Assembly (NCBI GenBank): GCA_045631045.1
Contig: JAZQUB010000011.1
Coordinates: 1,214 to 65,213, forward strand
Source: Lachnospiraceae bacterium
GTDB taxonomy: Bacteria > Bacillota > Clostridia > Lachnospirales > Lachnospiraceae
Length of the DNA: 64,000 nucleotides
Direction of reading: 5' to 3'
This document shows, piece by piece, positions 47,116 through 56,130 of this stretch. A model generated the notes under the pieces. The model did no database searches. It was not told the DNA's origin and saw only the letters and a program-made list of their open reading frames with translations. Position 1 is the first letter of the stretch. Every line of letters starts with the position of its first letter. The translations under genes were made by a program, and so were the position numbers.

Positions 47116-47217
47116 TTAAAACATGGTAAGCATAGGTAATACCATTGCCACAATTAAAATTACGCAAACCGCTGCTGCCATAATTCTCTTTGCTTTTTTA
47201 CTATGTAAATTCATCAT
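47116..47217 (-). CDS. Small hydrophobic peptide (33 aa), unannotated
   Basis: Below the ORF-track cutoff. GGGAGG RBS 7 nt upstream of ATGATG. Product MMNLHSKKAKRIMAAAVCVILIVAMVLPMLTMF (basic N-terminus plus one TM). Stops 17 nt before the VanW start. Confidence 0.45.
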   Translation of the reverse strand: MMNLHSKKAKRIMAAAVCVILIVAMVLPMLTMF

Positions 47218-47298
47218 CCTTTATTCCTCCCGAAGAATTTCATGAACCCCTCATTCATCTTGAACCTGTATTATAACAGACTTTTGGCTTCTTTGCAA

Positions 47299-49548
47299 CT
47301 ACTGCTGAATAACCTGTTCCGGCGTGGTAATTACAGCAATCGGCCACTGTGGGTCAGGGCCAAAATGCATACGCTCTACCGAACAAAATTCCGGTCCATT
47401 TTCATTTCCTACATGAAACACCCAATGGTAATCATTTTCGTATCCTGCATAAATAACAATATGACTGCAATAATCGGATTTGTTTCTGGAATCGCAAAAA
47501 GCAATAATAGAGCCTATTGGGATTTCCTCCGCCTCCACAAACTCGATAAAACCTCCCTTTAAAGATGCTTCAAAATTAATCATCTTGGAGTATCCCTTCT
47601 CTACCCAGTCCTTTGCTGCTATATACCAATCATTTGCATTATAGGCTTTTTCCGGCCTTGTTAACTCAGAGGTATCAACTCCTGCTACATTTGGCAAATA
47701 ATTAAAATACACATAGGTGGCATAGGAAGCACATACCAGTCCGTTTCTTTCAAAAAACTCGATATCCGGAAGCCCCTCTTCGGTCATTTCATAGCCATCA
47801 CTGCCCCCATTGTACGTAATGTCAGACAACCAGCCTTTGCCACGTTTATTGGCAGCAAGTACATAATACCACATAAGACCGTCAGAACGGTGTTTTTCGA
47901 TATTATACCCAGTATAAACCAGAGAATCAAAAAATATGTTATTTTCCAGATTTTCTACCGCATCCGCATACTTGCCATAGCCTTCTACCTTAGACTCCAC
48001 GCTTGCACTTACTTCCACGGTTTCCTCTTCATGACTCCACTTCACCAAATGCTTATACACCAACTTACCGACTTCATATCGTCCCAACTCGTTTGGATGA
48101 CACAAATCTGCCAAATATATTTCCTGATTTTCTTCATGAATATCCAATCCATGGAACACATCAATGCATTTTACACCCAGTTCATCACTTAATTCCAGTA
48201 TAGAAGCTACCAGATCCTCCAACACATATCCGTTATGCTTCTCCGTACCATACTCAAACAAACCAATAAAGTTTGGTGTCATCAGCACAATCTCACTATC
48301 CGGATATACTTCGCGCAAACGCTTTACGGCATATCGTACAGCCCCTTCAAAATGATACTTTTCCTCTGCTTTCGTACCTTTTAATGGACGACCTGACATA
48401 TAGTCATTTAAGCCAATGCTGATAAAAAATGTTAATTTTTCCTGATTCATTCCGGAATGCTGCCCATAAAACTCTAGTATTCCACTCTTAACAGGCTTAT
48501 TGTCTTCAAAAATCCCATGTTTGCCTTCCAAAAATGCATCAACTACATCCGCCAAACCTAAGCCTTGGTTATCTGCCTTTGCCGCATTCAATCCTCCATA
48601 GCCACAGTTAATAACCTTTGCCTTAGTGAACCCTTCCACTACGCCTGGAATAGACATAGAATCCGTATAATTTCCTATTACGCTGTCACCAAAAAAAACA
48701 TATGTGTGCTCTGAATCCAGTGTTTCATTTACCCCATTCTGAGCCAATGATTTCTCTATATTTTGCCGTTTTTGCAAAATATTACCCTCGTCCAGGGTAT
48801 ACATATAACCGCAAATCATCATCCTTGTTATAAACCTGGCCACATCCCTGTTTGGCTCCCCATTTTCCAGATAATTTGCTTGATTACCGGAAAGCCATAC
48901 TTCTGCTCCCGGAAGAAAGAGTACTACATTTTGATAGGCTTCCTGAGGTGTAAAAAGCTCCGACATATCATCATACCATTTCAACAATCTTGCTCTTTCT
49001 AACTCAGGCATTTTGGCCAAATCATCCGCACTTGGATATTCCAATATCAAATGAAAATAAATTTGCGGATTAGCCTTTACTATTTCCAAAAGCTCATCAT
49101 CCCATTTACATACATCCGTAAACATTTGCGCCAAACCAGCTCCGGAAGCCTTTTCTAGGGACAAACTCTCGTCCATACTAAGTCCAATATACACGGCCTC
49201 CAAACTCTGCTCTTGCTCCAAAGCAAGCTCTAAAAAGTCCAGCACTTCCTCTCCATTTTCCACGGTTTCTTCCAGCATGACCGTGTTTATGCCTCGATAT
49301 GTGATAAAATCATCCACCTCATAACTGTCCAGAGAAAACATAGAGAAAAAGAGCGCTTTTACTTCTTGGCTTTGTATTTCTGACAAAACGCTCTGCACCT
49401 CTGTCGATTCCTGCATATTTGTTTTTTTATGTTCTTTCCCATAAGCGACGGTGAGTGCAATCAAAACAGCTACTTCTACCACAAGAATGGTCATAATAGC
49501 AGCTCCCAGTATCAATAACTTTCGATTGCCTTTAAATTGCATTTTCAT
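47299..49548 (-). CDS. Membrane-anchored SGNH/GDSL hydrolase with C-terminal papain-like (NlpC/P60-like) domain
   Basis: N-terminal TM; FFGDSVIGNY (GDS block), GLNDY block, DLCHPN (DxxH) block. C-terminal Cys/His pattern (LVCASYATYVY ... CSHIVIYAG). Confidence 0.65.
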   Translation of the reverse strand: MKMQFKGNRKLLILGAAIMTILVVEVAVLIALTVAYGKEHKKTNMQESTEVQSVLSEIQSQEVKALFFSMFSLDSYEVDDFITYRGINTVMLEETVENGEEVLDFLELALEQEQSLEAVYIGLSMDESLSLEKASGAGLAQMFTDVCKWDDELLEIVKANPQIYFHLILEYPSADDLAKMPELERARLLKWYDDMSELFTPQEAYQNVVLFLPGAEVWLSGNQANYLENGEPNRDVARFITRMMICGYMYTLDEGNILQKRQNIEKSLAQNGVNETLDSEHTYVFFGDSVIGNYTDSMSIPGVVEGFTKAKVINCGYGGLNAAKADNQGLGLADVVDAFLEGKHGIFEDNKPVKSGILEFYGQHSGMNQEKLTFFISIGLNDYMSGRPLKGTKAEEKYHFEGAVRYAVKRLREVYPDSEIVLMTPNFIGLFEYGTEKHNGYVLEDLVASILELSDELGVKCIDVFHGLDIHEENQEIYLADLCHPNELGRYEVGKLVYKHLVKWSHEEETVEVSASVESKVEGYGKYADAVENLENNIFFDSLVYTGYNIEKHRSDGLMWYYVLAANKRGKGWLSDITYNGGSDGYEMTEEGLPDIEFFERNGLVCASYATYVYFNYLPNVAGVDTSELTRPEKAYNANDWYIAAKDWVEKGYSKMINFEASLKGGFIEFVEAEEIPIGSIIAFCDSRNKSDYCSHIVIYAGYENDYHWVFHVGNENGPEFCSVERMHFGPDPQWPIAVITTPEQVIQQ

Positions 49549-49552
49549 AATA

Positions 49553-50275
49553 TTACTTCTCCATTGCCTTCACTTCCATGCGATAACGTTCTATAAATCG
49601 ACTGGCTTCCGAGCGTGTCATAGAATCCAAATCGCAATCTAAAGAGATTCCAAGAATAGCACAATAACGAGTAATCTGCTCCTTTTGTGCAATTGTAATC
49701 GGCTTTTCTCTTTTTACATTATATATCATAGGTGTCGTAATAAATACCTTACACCCTTCTTTCTCGGCTCTTTCATAAAAAAGATTGCAAAGTTTTGTAT
49801 ACAGTATACTGGTCGCTTCTGCATCACCTAATGCCCGATGTGCTGTGTGCTTTATGTCAAAATATCGACATAAAAACTCCAGACTTCTGCTTTCTAACTC
49901 CGGAAGATACTTACGTGCTATACGCAAGGTATCCAATCCACTTTTTTCATAAGAAAGCTTTTCGTTAACCATAGCCTTTTTGATGAAAGCATAATCAAAT
50001 TGCAGGTTATGACCCATTATTGGAAGTTCTTCGCAAAATGTCTTAAATTTAACCATAACCTCTGCCGACCCGGGCGCATCGATAAGCATCTCATCCGTAA
50101 TGCCGGTAAGTGCTACGATACGAGGCTCCAAAGGTCTGCCCGGATGCAGAAAGCTCTGAAAACGCTCTACAATCTGCCCATCCACCACTTTCACGGCACC
50201 AATCTCTATTAACTTTTCTTCTTTCGGATTTAAGCCGGTAGTTTCCACATCGACACAGACATAACTTGTAATCAT
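49553..50275 (-). CDS. DEDD-type 3'-5' exonuclease (DnaQ/PolC-exo-like)
   Basis: VCVDVETTGLNP (Exo I), GHNLQFDYAF (Exo II), HRALGDA (Exo III). ATG overlaps the nth stop (ATGA). Confidence 0.82.
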   Translation of the reverse strand: MITSYVCVDVETTGLNPKEEKLIEIGAVKVVDGQIVERFQSFLHPGRPLEPRIVALTGITDEMLIDAPGSAEVMVKFKTFCEELPIMGHNLQFDYAFIKKAMVNEKLSYEKSGLDTLRIARKYLPELESRSLEFLCRYFDIKHTAHRALGDAEATSILYTKLCNLFYERAEKEGCKVFITTPMIYNVKREKPITIAQKEQITRYCAILGISLDCDLDSMTRSEASRFIERYRMEVKAMEK

Positions 50276-50916
50276 TTTCTTCCCTTCATACGTGCCTTGT
50301 AGTCCGGGCAGATATCGGACATAAAACACATTTCACACTTTGGATTGGGCGCTTTACAAATTTCACGACCAAAACGAATAATATGAATATTCCAAAGAAT
50401 CCATCTATCCTTTGGTAACGCCTTCATTAGTTCAAACTCAGCCTTTACGGGATCATCACTCTTTGTAATCCCCAGCTTTTTGCTGATACGCTTCACGTGT
50501 GTGTCTACCACCACGCTTGGCTCATGAAAAATATTACCGCGTACTACATTAGCGGTTTTACGTCCTACTCCAGCAAGGCTTGTCAATGCTTCCAAGTCAT
50601 TGGGCACTTCCCCACCATGTCGCTCTATTAACTGATTGCAGCAAGCAATAATATTTTTAGCTTTGTTGTGATAAAAACCGGTGGAATGAATATCCTTCTC
50701 CAGCTCTTTTAGGTTTGCTGCAGCAAAGTCATAAACGGTTTGATATTTTTGAAACAAGTCCTTGGTCACAATATTGACCCTTGCATCCGTACACTGTGCG
50801 GACAACATAGTAGCAATCAAAAGCTGCAGTGCATTTTCATGATGTAAATAACATACATAGTCCGTACCATATTGTGCCTCCAGACGTTCTATCACTTCCT
50901 TCGTATGCTTATTCAT
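50272..50916 (-). CDS. nth: Endonuclease III
   Basis: HhH-GPD motif LAGVGRKTANVV; C-terminal Fe-S cluster CKAPNPKCEMCFMSDIC. Confidence 0.9.
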   Translation of the reverse strand: MNKHTKEVIERLEAQYGTDYVCYLHHENALQLLIATMLSAQCTDARVNIVTKDLFQKYQTVYDFAAANLKELEKDIHSTGFYHNKAKNIIACCNQLIERHGGEVPNDLEALTSLAGVGRKTANVVRGNIFHEPSVVVDTHVKRISKKLGITKSDDPVKAEFELMKALPKDRWILWNIHIIRFGREICKAPNPKCEMCFMSDICPDYKARMKGRK

Positions 50917-50966
50917 TCCCTACTCCTTTCCTAGTTTCTCACAATATTATTTCTGTCTTGTAAATA

Positions 50967-52721
50967 TTATACCTCTTCCAAAATATGCACATGGGCTTCC
51001 TTCGTAAGAGGACTACGATTCTGATAATCAAACAACACCTTTACCGCCTCTCTCAATGGCTGATGCAGCTTGGCTCTCTCCACATCCCAAACCGGATACG
51101 TAAACCATTCCAAGTGCGTCATTTTACTGATTTGTTTCGTATCATAAGCCCCATAATGCGGCAACAAGCTTCGTACCCTTTCCTCCTCTGCAAAAAATGC
51201 ATGAAATGCACTCTTGAACGGCGTTATATCGCCTGCAAATTCCGGTCTGGATTTGGCATTTTCACGCAAATACAAATCGTAAGTCAGACTTTCGCGATAC
51301 AAATCCTCTCGTGCTCCATCCATACTTTTTGCAAACTGTAAAAGAACCTGATAACGATAGCTTCTGGCAGGTGATTTCAGGAAATAACCCTGCTCATCAT
51401 AATACGTTGCCAAATCCTCATATAAATAAAATGGGTTGTCATATAACTGCTCTAAAAGAGGCATGGTATGAGTAAACTGGTTACTATTATAATACAACTC
51501 CACCATTTCCTCAACCTGCTTTAATCGTAACACATCTTCATAGCTTAGCCAATTGGTAAATAAAACCTCATAGGGTGGCTGGCTCAGATATTTTAACCCA
51601 TACTGCCCCGCCATGTCATACATATAAGAGCCCTTTAATACCTTTAAAAAGCCCAATTGTAGCTGTTCTGGCTTCATGGCATATACATCCCCAAAGGAAC
51701 GGGCAAAACTCTCATAATTTTCAAATGGCAGTCCTGCAATCAAATCTAAATGCATGTGCACATTGTTCCCTGCATGAATTTTGGCAACAACCTGTTTTAG
51801 TTTCTCAAGATTTGTTACACGCCTTATCTCTCTTAAGGTATCCGGATTGGTCGTTTGAACACCAATCTCCAACTGCACAAGCCCCGGTCTCATTTGATGT
51901 AACAGCAAAAGTTCTTCTTCATCCAATATATCTGCTGCTACCTCAAAGTGAAAATTGGTTACACCATTGTCATGCTCTAAAAGATATCGCCAGATATCCT
52001 TTGCATGCCTATGATTGCAGTTAAATGTTCTATCAATAAACTTCACCTGCGGTACTTTGTGGTCTAAGAAAAACTGAAGCTCTTTTTTCACCAATTCTAC
52101 GTCTCGCAGACGAACCTTTTTGTCAATGGAAGATAAGCAGTAGCTGCATCGAAACGGACAACCCCTGCTGGATTCATAATAAATAATACGATGTTCAAAA
52201 TCATCTAACGTGTCTGCACTACCTGCAGAATACAAGAATGGAATCTGCGATAAATTCACCAGGTCTCTTTCCTTGGTATATCCCGTAGAAAGTGCCAGAC
52301 CTGGTATATCTTCCAGAGACAGTTTCCCTTCCTTTAAATAATAGCGTAATAAGGAAAGGAACGTTTCCTCGCCCTCGCCAATCATTATCCCCTTTACATA
52401 AGGATATTTCTCTAAAATAACATCACATTCAAAGCTGACTTCCGGACCACCCAGCCAAAGATCCGTGTCGGGCATAAGCTTATGTAGCTCACCTAAAAGC
52501 TCTTGTACCAAAGTAAAATTCCAAATATAACATGAAAATCCAATCACATCCGGTTTGCGCTTATAAATATCCGCCAAAATCTGATCCAAACTGTGATTAA
52601 TGGTGTATTCCCCCAACTCAATATATGGTTCATACTGCTCGCCTGCATATGCTTTTAAGCTATAAATGGCCGGATTAGAATGTATATACTTTGCATTAAA
52701 AGCAGCCAGTAAAATTTTCAT
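50967..52721 (-). CDS. B12-binding domain radical SAM protein (DUF4080-type)
   Basis: N-terminal cobalamin-binding-like Rossmann region; CPFRCSYC (CxxxCxxC) radical SAM motif. 584 aa. Confidence 0.8.
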   Translation of the reverse strand: MKILLAAFNAKYIHSNPAIYSLKAYAGEQYEPYIELGEYTINHSLDQILADIYKRKPDVIGFSCYIWNFTLVQELLGELHKLMPDTDLWLGGPEVSFECDVILEKYPYVKGIMIGEGEETFLSLLRYYLKEGKLSLEDIPGLALSTGYTKERDLVNLSQIPFLYSAGSADTLDDFEHRIIYYESSRGCPFRCSYCLSSIDKKVRLRDVELVKKELQFFLDHKVPQVKFIDRTFNCNHRHAKDIWRYLLEHDNGVTNFHFEVAADILDEEELLLLHQMRPGLVQLEIGVQTTNPDTLREIRRVTNLEKLKQVVAKIHAGNNVHMHLDLIAGLPFENYESFARSFGDVYAMKPEQLQLGFLKVLKGSYMYDMAGQYGLKYLSQPPYEVLFTNWLSYEDVLRLKQVEEMVELYYNSNQFTHTMPLLEQLYDNPFYLYEDLATYYDEQGYFLKSPARSYRYQVLLQFAKSMDGAREDLYRESLTYDLYLRENAKSRPEFAGDITPFKSAFHAFFAEEERVRSLLPHYGAYDTKQISKMTHLEWFTYPVWDVERAKLHQPLREAVKVLFDYQNRSPLTKEAHVHILEEV

Positions 52722-52724
52722 ACC

Positions 52725-53426
52725 TTACATCCTCTTATGCGAAATCTGCCACTTCATCTCTGCAATTTTCCAGTCAACCTCATTATCAATGTCCTGTACT
52801 TCTAACTCAGAAAGTTCCAACGGAAGAATTTTTCCTGTCCAGAATTCATGTTTAAAAAACGCAGCCGTTTTAAAACAATAGAACTGTCCCGCATCATGAT
52901 ACTGCTCTTCCAAGTCCTGAGAACGCGCATACATATACTCCGGATACTGAAACTCAAGCCGGCCTTCTCTTACCACTACAGCCCTTTGAGGCGGAAAAGA
53001 AAACGCTACTACCGGAAATACTTTGTCTGCATCAGAGCTTTCTAACAATTCCATGGCTGTCTTCAGCCTTTCTGCCTTCAAAAACGGTGCGGTAGGATAC
53101 ATACAGCAAAAAGCATCAAACTTCTCGCCGCGTTTCTCGTACTCACCCAGCACCTCCGCCAAAACATCATTGGTAGTCGCATAGTCATTGCTGGTAGCCT
53201 CAGAACGATAAAAAGGAACCTTTGCACCATATGCTAACGCAACCTCCGCAATTTCCTTATCATCCGTAGATACCATTACTTCATCAAACGCTCCTGATTC
53301 AAGCGCCGCTTCAATAGAATATGCAATAATCGGCTTGCCACAAAATTCCTTTATATTCTTACGAGGGATTCTCTTGCTGCCCCCTCTGGCAGTAATAATT
53401 GCTAAACGCCTCATAACTAAAAACAT
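52725..53426 (-). CDS. Acylneuraminate/pseudaminate-type cytidylyltransferase (CMP-sugar synthetase family)
   Basis: AIITARGGSKRIPRKNIKEFCGKPIIAYSI. Alternative start at 53414. Stop is 3 nt before the radical SAM start. Confidence 0.78.
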   Translation of the reverse strand: MFLVMRRLAIITARGGSKRIPRKNIKEFCGKPIIAYSIEAALESGAFDEVMVSTDDKEIAEVALAYGAKVPFYRSEATSNDYATTNDVLAEVLGEYEKRGEKFDAFCCMYPTAPFLKAERLKTAMELLESSDADKVFPVVAFSFPPQRAVVVREGRLEFQYPEYMYARSQDLEEQYHDAGQFYCFKTAAFFKHEFWTGKILPLELSELEVQDIDNEVDWKIAEMKWQISHKRM

Positions 53427-53590
53427 CCTTTTTCTTTAACTTCCGACATTCTTTCCAACGCCATAATAAACTATTTTAAGTATACAACGAAATTGTCAAT
53501 CAAACAAGTTTACTTTTTACTTACATACAAAAATGGCGGCCGCCCGGTTACTTTTTTTAGCCGGTACGACAGCCACTTTTACATTTGATA

Positions 53591-54349
53591 TTAATTCTCC
53601 AGTTTTCCAAGAAACTCCTGCATTCTTGGATTATTTGAGTTAAACACTTCTTCCGGACTGCCTTCCTCCACAATAACTCCGTGCTCCATGAAAATAATGT
53701 GATCTGCCACATTACGAGCAAAATTCATTTCATGGGTAACAATCACCATGGTCATGTGCTCTGCTGCCAAATCCTTAATGACCTTTAATATTTCACCCGT
53801 AAGCTCCGGGTCCAAGGCACTGGTAGGCTCATCAAAGAACAAAATCTTTGGATTCAGTGCCAATGCTCTTGCAATGCTGACACGCTGCTGCTGACCGCCT
53901 GACAACTGAAATGGATATTGATTTTCTTTTTCTTCTAAGCCCATTTTATGCAAAAGCTCTCGTGCCGTCTTTTCCACTTCCGCCTTATCTCTCTTTTGCA
54001 CTTTTAACGGCGCATGACATATATTTTTCATAACCGAAAAATGCGGAAATAAATTAAAATTTTGGAATACCAACCCAAAATAAGTCTGAATCTTTTTTAA
54101 CACATCCGGCTTTGCATATATTGCATTGCCATCCTTGTCACTGTGGACCGCATGCTCGCCACAGTAAATCATTTCTCCGCCATCCATGGTCTCCAACAAT
54201 GTGGCGCAACGAAGTAACGTGGACTTTCCTGAACCACTTGGTCCGATAATAGCAACCACTTCACCCTCTTTAACCTTGAGAGAAATATCCTTTAATACTT
54301 CCACATCCTCAAAAGTTTTGCGGACGTGATTCATCTCTAATAAGTACAT
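53591..54349 (-). CDS. Amino acid ABC transporter ATP-binding protein
   Basis: GPSGSGKST, LSGGQQQRVSIARAL, ILFFDEPTSALD; GlnQ/polar amino acid type. Confidence 0.9.
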   Translation of the reverse strand: MYLLEMNHVRKTFEDVEVLKDISLKVKEGEVVAIIGPSGSGKSTLLRCATLLETMDGGEMIYCGEHAVHSDKDGNAIYAKPDVLKKIQTYFGLVFQNFNLFPHFSVMKNICHAPLKVQKRDKAEVEKTARELLHKMGLEEKENQYPFQLSGGQQQRVSIARALALNPKILFFDEPTSALDPELTGEILKVIKDLAAEHMTMVIVTHEMNFARNVADHIIFMEHGVIVEEGSPEEVFNSNNPRMQEFLGKLEN

Positions 54350-54361
54350 ACTCCCCTCCCT

Positions 54362-55069
54362 CTATCGATAGTAACCAAGCTTCTTTTCGATATACTCAAA
54401 GGTCACAGCTACCACCAAATTAAATATGTAGTAGAAAATGCCGGCTACCACAAAAGGCATCATGCTCGTCTCTGCTGCAGCAATCTGCTTGGTAAGTGTA
54501 AACATTTCAATAACGGAAAGTGTATACGCTAAAGAAGTATCTTTAACTAATGTAATTGTCTCATTCGCTACCGGAGGCACAATACGCTTAATAACCTGCG
54601 GCATCACTATGTAAATAAAGGTCTGCGCCTTATTATACCCCAAAAGCTTTGCCGCCTCATATTGCCCTACCGGAATAGCCTCTATACCTGCACGGTAAAT
54701 TTCCGCAAAATACGCTGCATAATTAATGGCAAAACCAATCAGCACTGCTGTCATTTTATATCCGGAACTAATCTTCATACCAAACATAAACCAAGGTCCG
54801 AAATAAATAACCAACAGCTGTAACATAAGCGGTGTACCACGCATAATAGAAATGAACACCTTGGTGGGAAAACGTACAATAAAATGCTTTGACATGCGTC
54901 CAAATGCAACTACAAGTCCCAACAACAAAGAGAAAAACAAGGTACAGAAGAAAATCTGGACAGAAACCACCATACCTTCCGCTAATCGGGAGCACATATG
55001 TACAAAATACAGACCGAAGTCCTTTATACCATTTATCAATTCTACGATTTCGAATCTTATTTCTACCAT
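54362..55069 (-). CDS. Amino acid ABC transporter permease
   Basis: His/Glu/Gln/Arg-type permease with an EAA-like loop (YEAAKLLGYNKAQTF). Confidence 0.88.
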   Translation of the reverse strand: MVEIRFEIVELINGIKDFGLYFVHMCSRLAEGMVVSVQIFFCTLFFSLLLGLVVAFGRMSKHFIVRFPTKVFISIMRGTPLMLQLLVIYFGPWFMFGMKISSGYKMTAVLIGFAINYAAYFAEIYRAGIEAIPVGQYEAAKLLGYNKAQTFIYIVMPQVIKRIVPPVANETITLVKDTSLAYTLSVIEMFTLTKQIAAAETSMMPFVVAGIFYYIFNLVVAVTFEYIEKKLGYYR

Positions 55070-55097
55070 TCCAAAGTGTCCTTAATTTACTAATTTA

Positions 55098-55931
55098 TTA
55101 TTTGCCCAGACAAACGCTGTCAGTCAGACCCCATTTCTCTGCGATCTTTGTAAAGGTACCATCCTTTACCATTTCATTTACGGTAGCCTGAACCTGATCT
55201 CTTAAAGCTTCATTGCCAAGCTTAAATCCAACACCATACTGTTCAGAAGCGATTACTTCCTCTAAAATCACAAACTTGTCGCCTCTGGATGCTACCTGAT
55301 ACTGAGCAACACCGATATCCATTGCTACTGCATCTGCAGCACCTGCTTCCATATTTAAGAAAGCGGTGTTATACTCCGGAACCTGCTGTAACTCCTTGAA
55401 GCTTGCTGCAAAAGCCAACATATCTTCTGCGGCTTTCTTTTCCTCAGCAGTCATATCATCTGAAACTTCCGGCTGTAATGCATGCAATGCACTGGAATCC
55501 GCCTGAACTAATACAACTTTATCCTTTAAGTCATCAAAAGACTTGATACCGCTTGCTGCAGAAACCACAAATACCTGAGAGTTGTCTACATAAGGATCGC
55601 TCCATGTGTACTGATCTTCACGGCCATTAATGGTAAAACCATTCCAGATACAGTCAATCGCGCCGGAGTTTAACTCCATATCCTTAGCGTCCCAGTCAAT
55701 CGGAGTCTTTACTAACTCCCAACCATTTCTCTTGCAAACCTCTGCTGCCAGGTCAAGGTCAAAGCCTACATACTCATTGGTTGCTTCATCCAAGTAACCA
55801 TATGGTGGGAAAGAAGCATCAAAACCAACTACCAACTGGGTTCTGCCGTCACCTGAAGTCTTTGTTTCACCGCATGCAGTCATGGATAAAACCATCATAC
55901 ATGCCAATACTAATGCTAATAATCTCTTCAT
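55098..55931 (-). CDS. Amino acid ABC transporter substrate-binding lipoprotein
   Basis: Lipobox LSMTAC; family 3 SBP pattern (LVVGFDASFPPYGY). Confidence 0.88.
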   Translation of the reverse strand: MKRLLALVLACMMVLSMTACGETKTSGDGRTQLVVGFDASFPPYGYLDEATNEYVGFDLDLAAEVCKRNGWELVKTPIDWDAKDMELNSGAIDCIWNGFTINGREDQYTWSDPYVDNSQVFVVSAASGIKSFDDLKDKVVLVQADSSALHALQPEVSDDMTAEEKKAAEDMLAFAASFKELQQVPEYNTAFLNMEAGAADAVAMDIGVAQYQVASRGDKFVILEEVIASEQYGVGFKLGNEALRDQVQATVNEMVKDGTFTKIAEKWGLTDSVCLGK

Positions 55932-55984
55932 AATTAAAATCCTCCTAACCTTCCTACATAAACGGAAGTTCTCATAGCTTTATT

Positions 55985-56013
55985 ATAGTAGCACACTAAA
56001 GTGCCTATGTCAA
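55985..56013 (-). promoter_or_regulatory. Candidate sigma-A promoter of the amino-acid ABC operon
   Basis: On the minus strand, TTGACA-17 nt-TACTAT(AAT). Confidence 0.4.
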
Positions 56014-56130
56014 GTCCCCGCGCCTACTTTGCCTAAACACCATATTTCCTCTCTTTCACATTCCTTTGATATATGTTATAATATTTAAAATCTCTGTAGT
56101 AAAAACTGCAGCAATAATATAGGCGGTACT

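Noticed and set aside
53535-53564. GGCGGCCGCC palindrome and an adjacent T7 run downstream of the amino-acid ABC ATPase gene, considered as its terminator.
   Set aside because: The palindrome can only form a 4-5 bp stem with essentially no loop, and the flanking CCGG segments are not mutually complementary. This is too weak to call.
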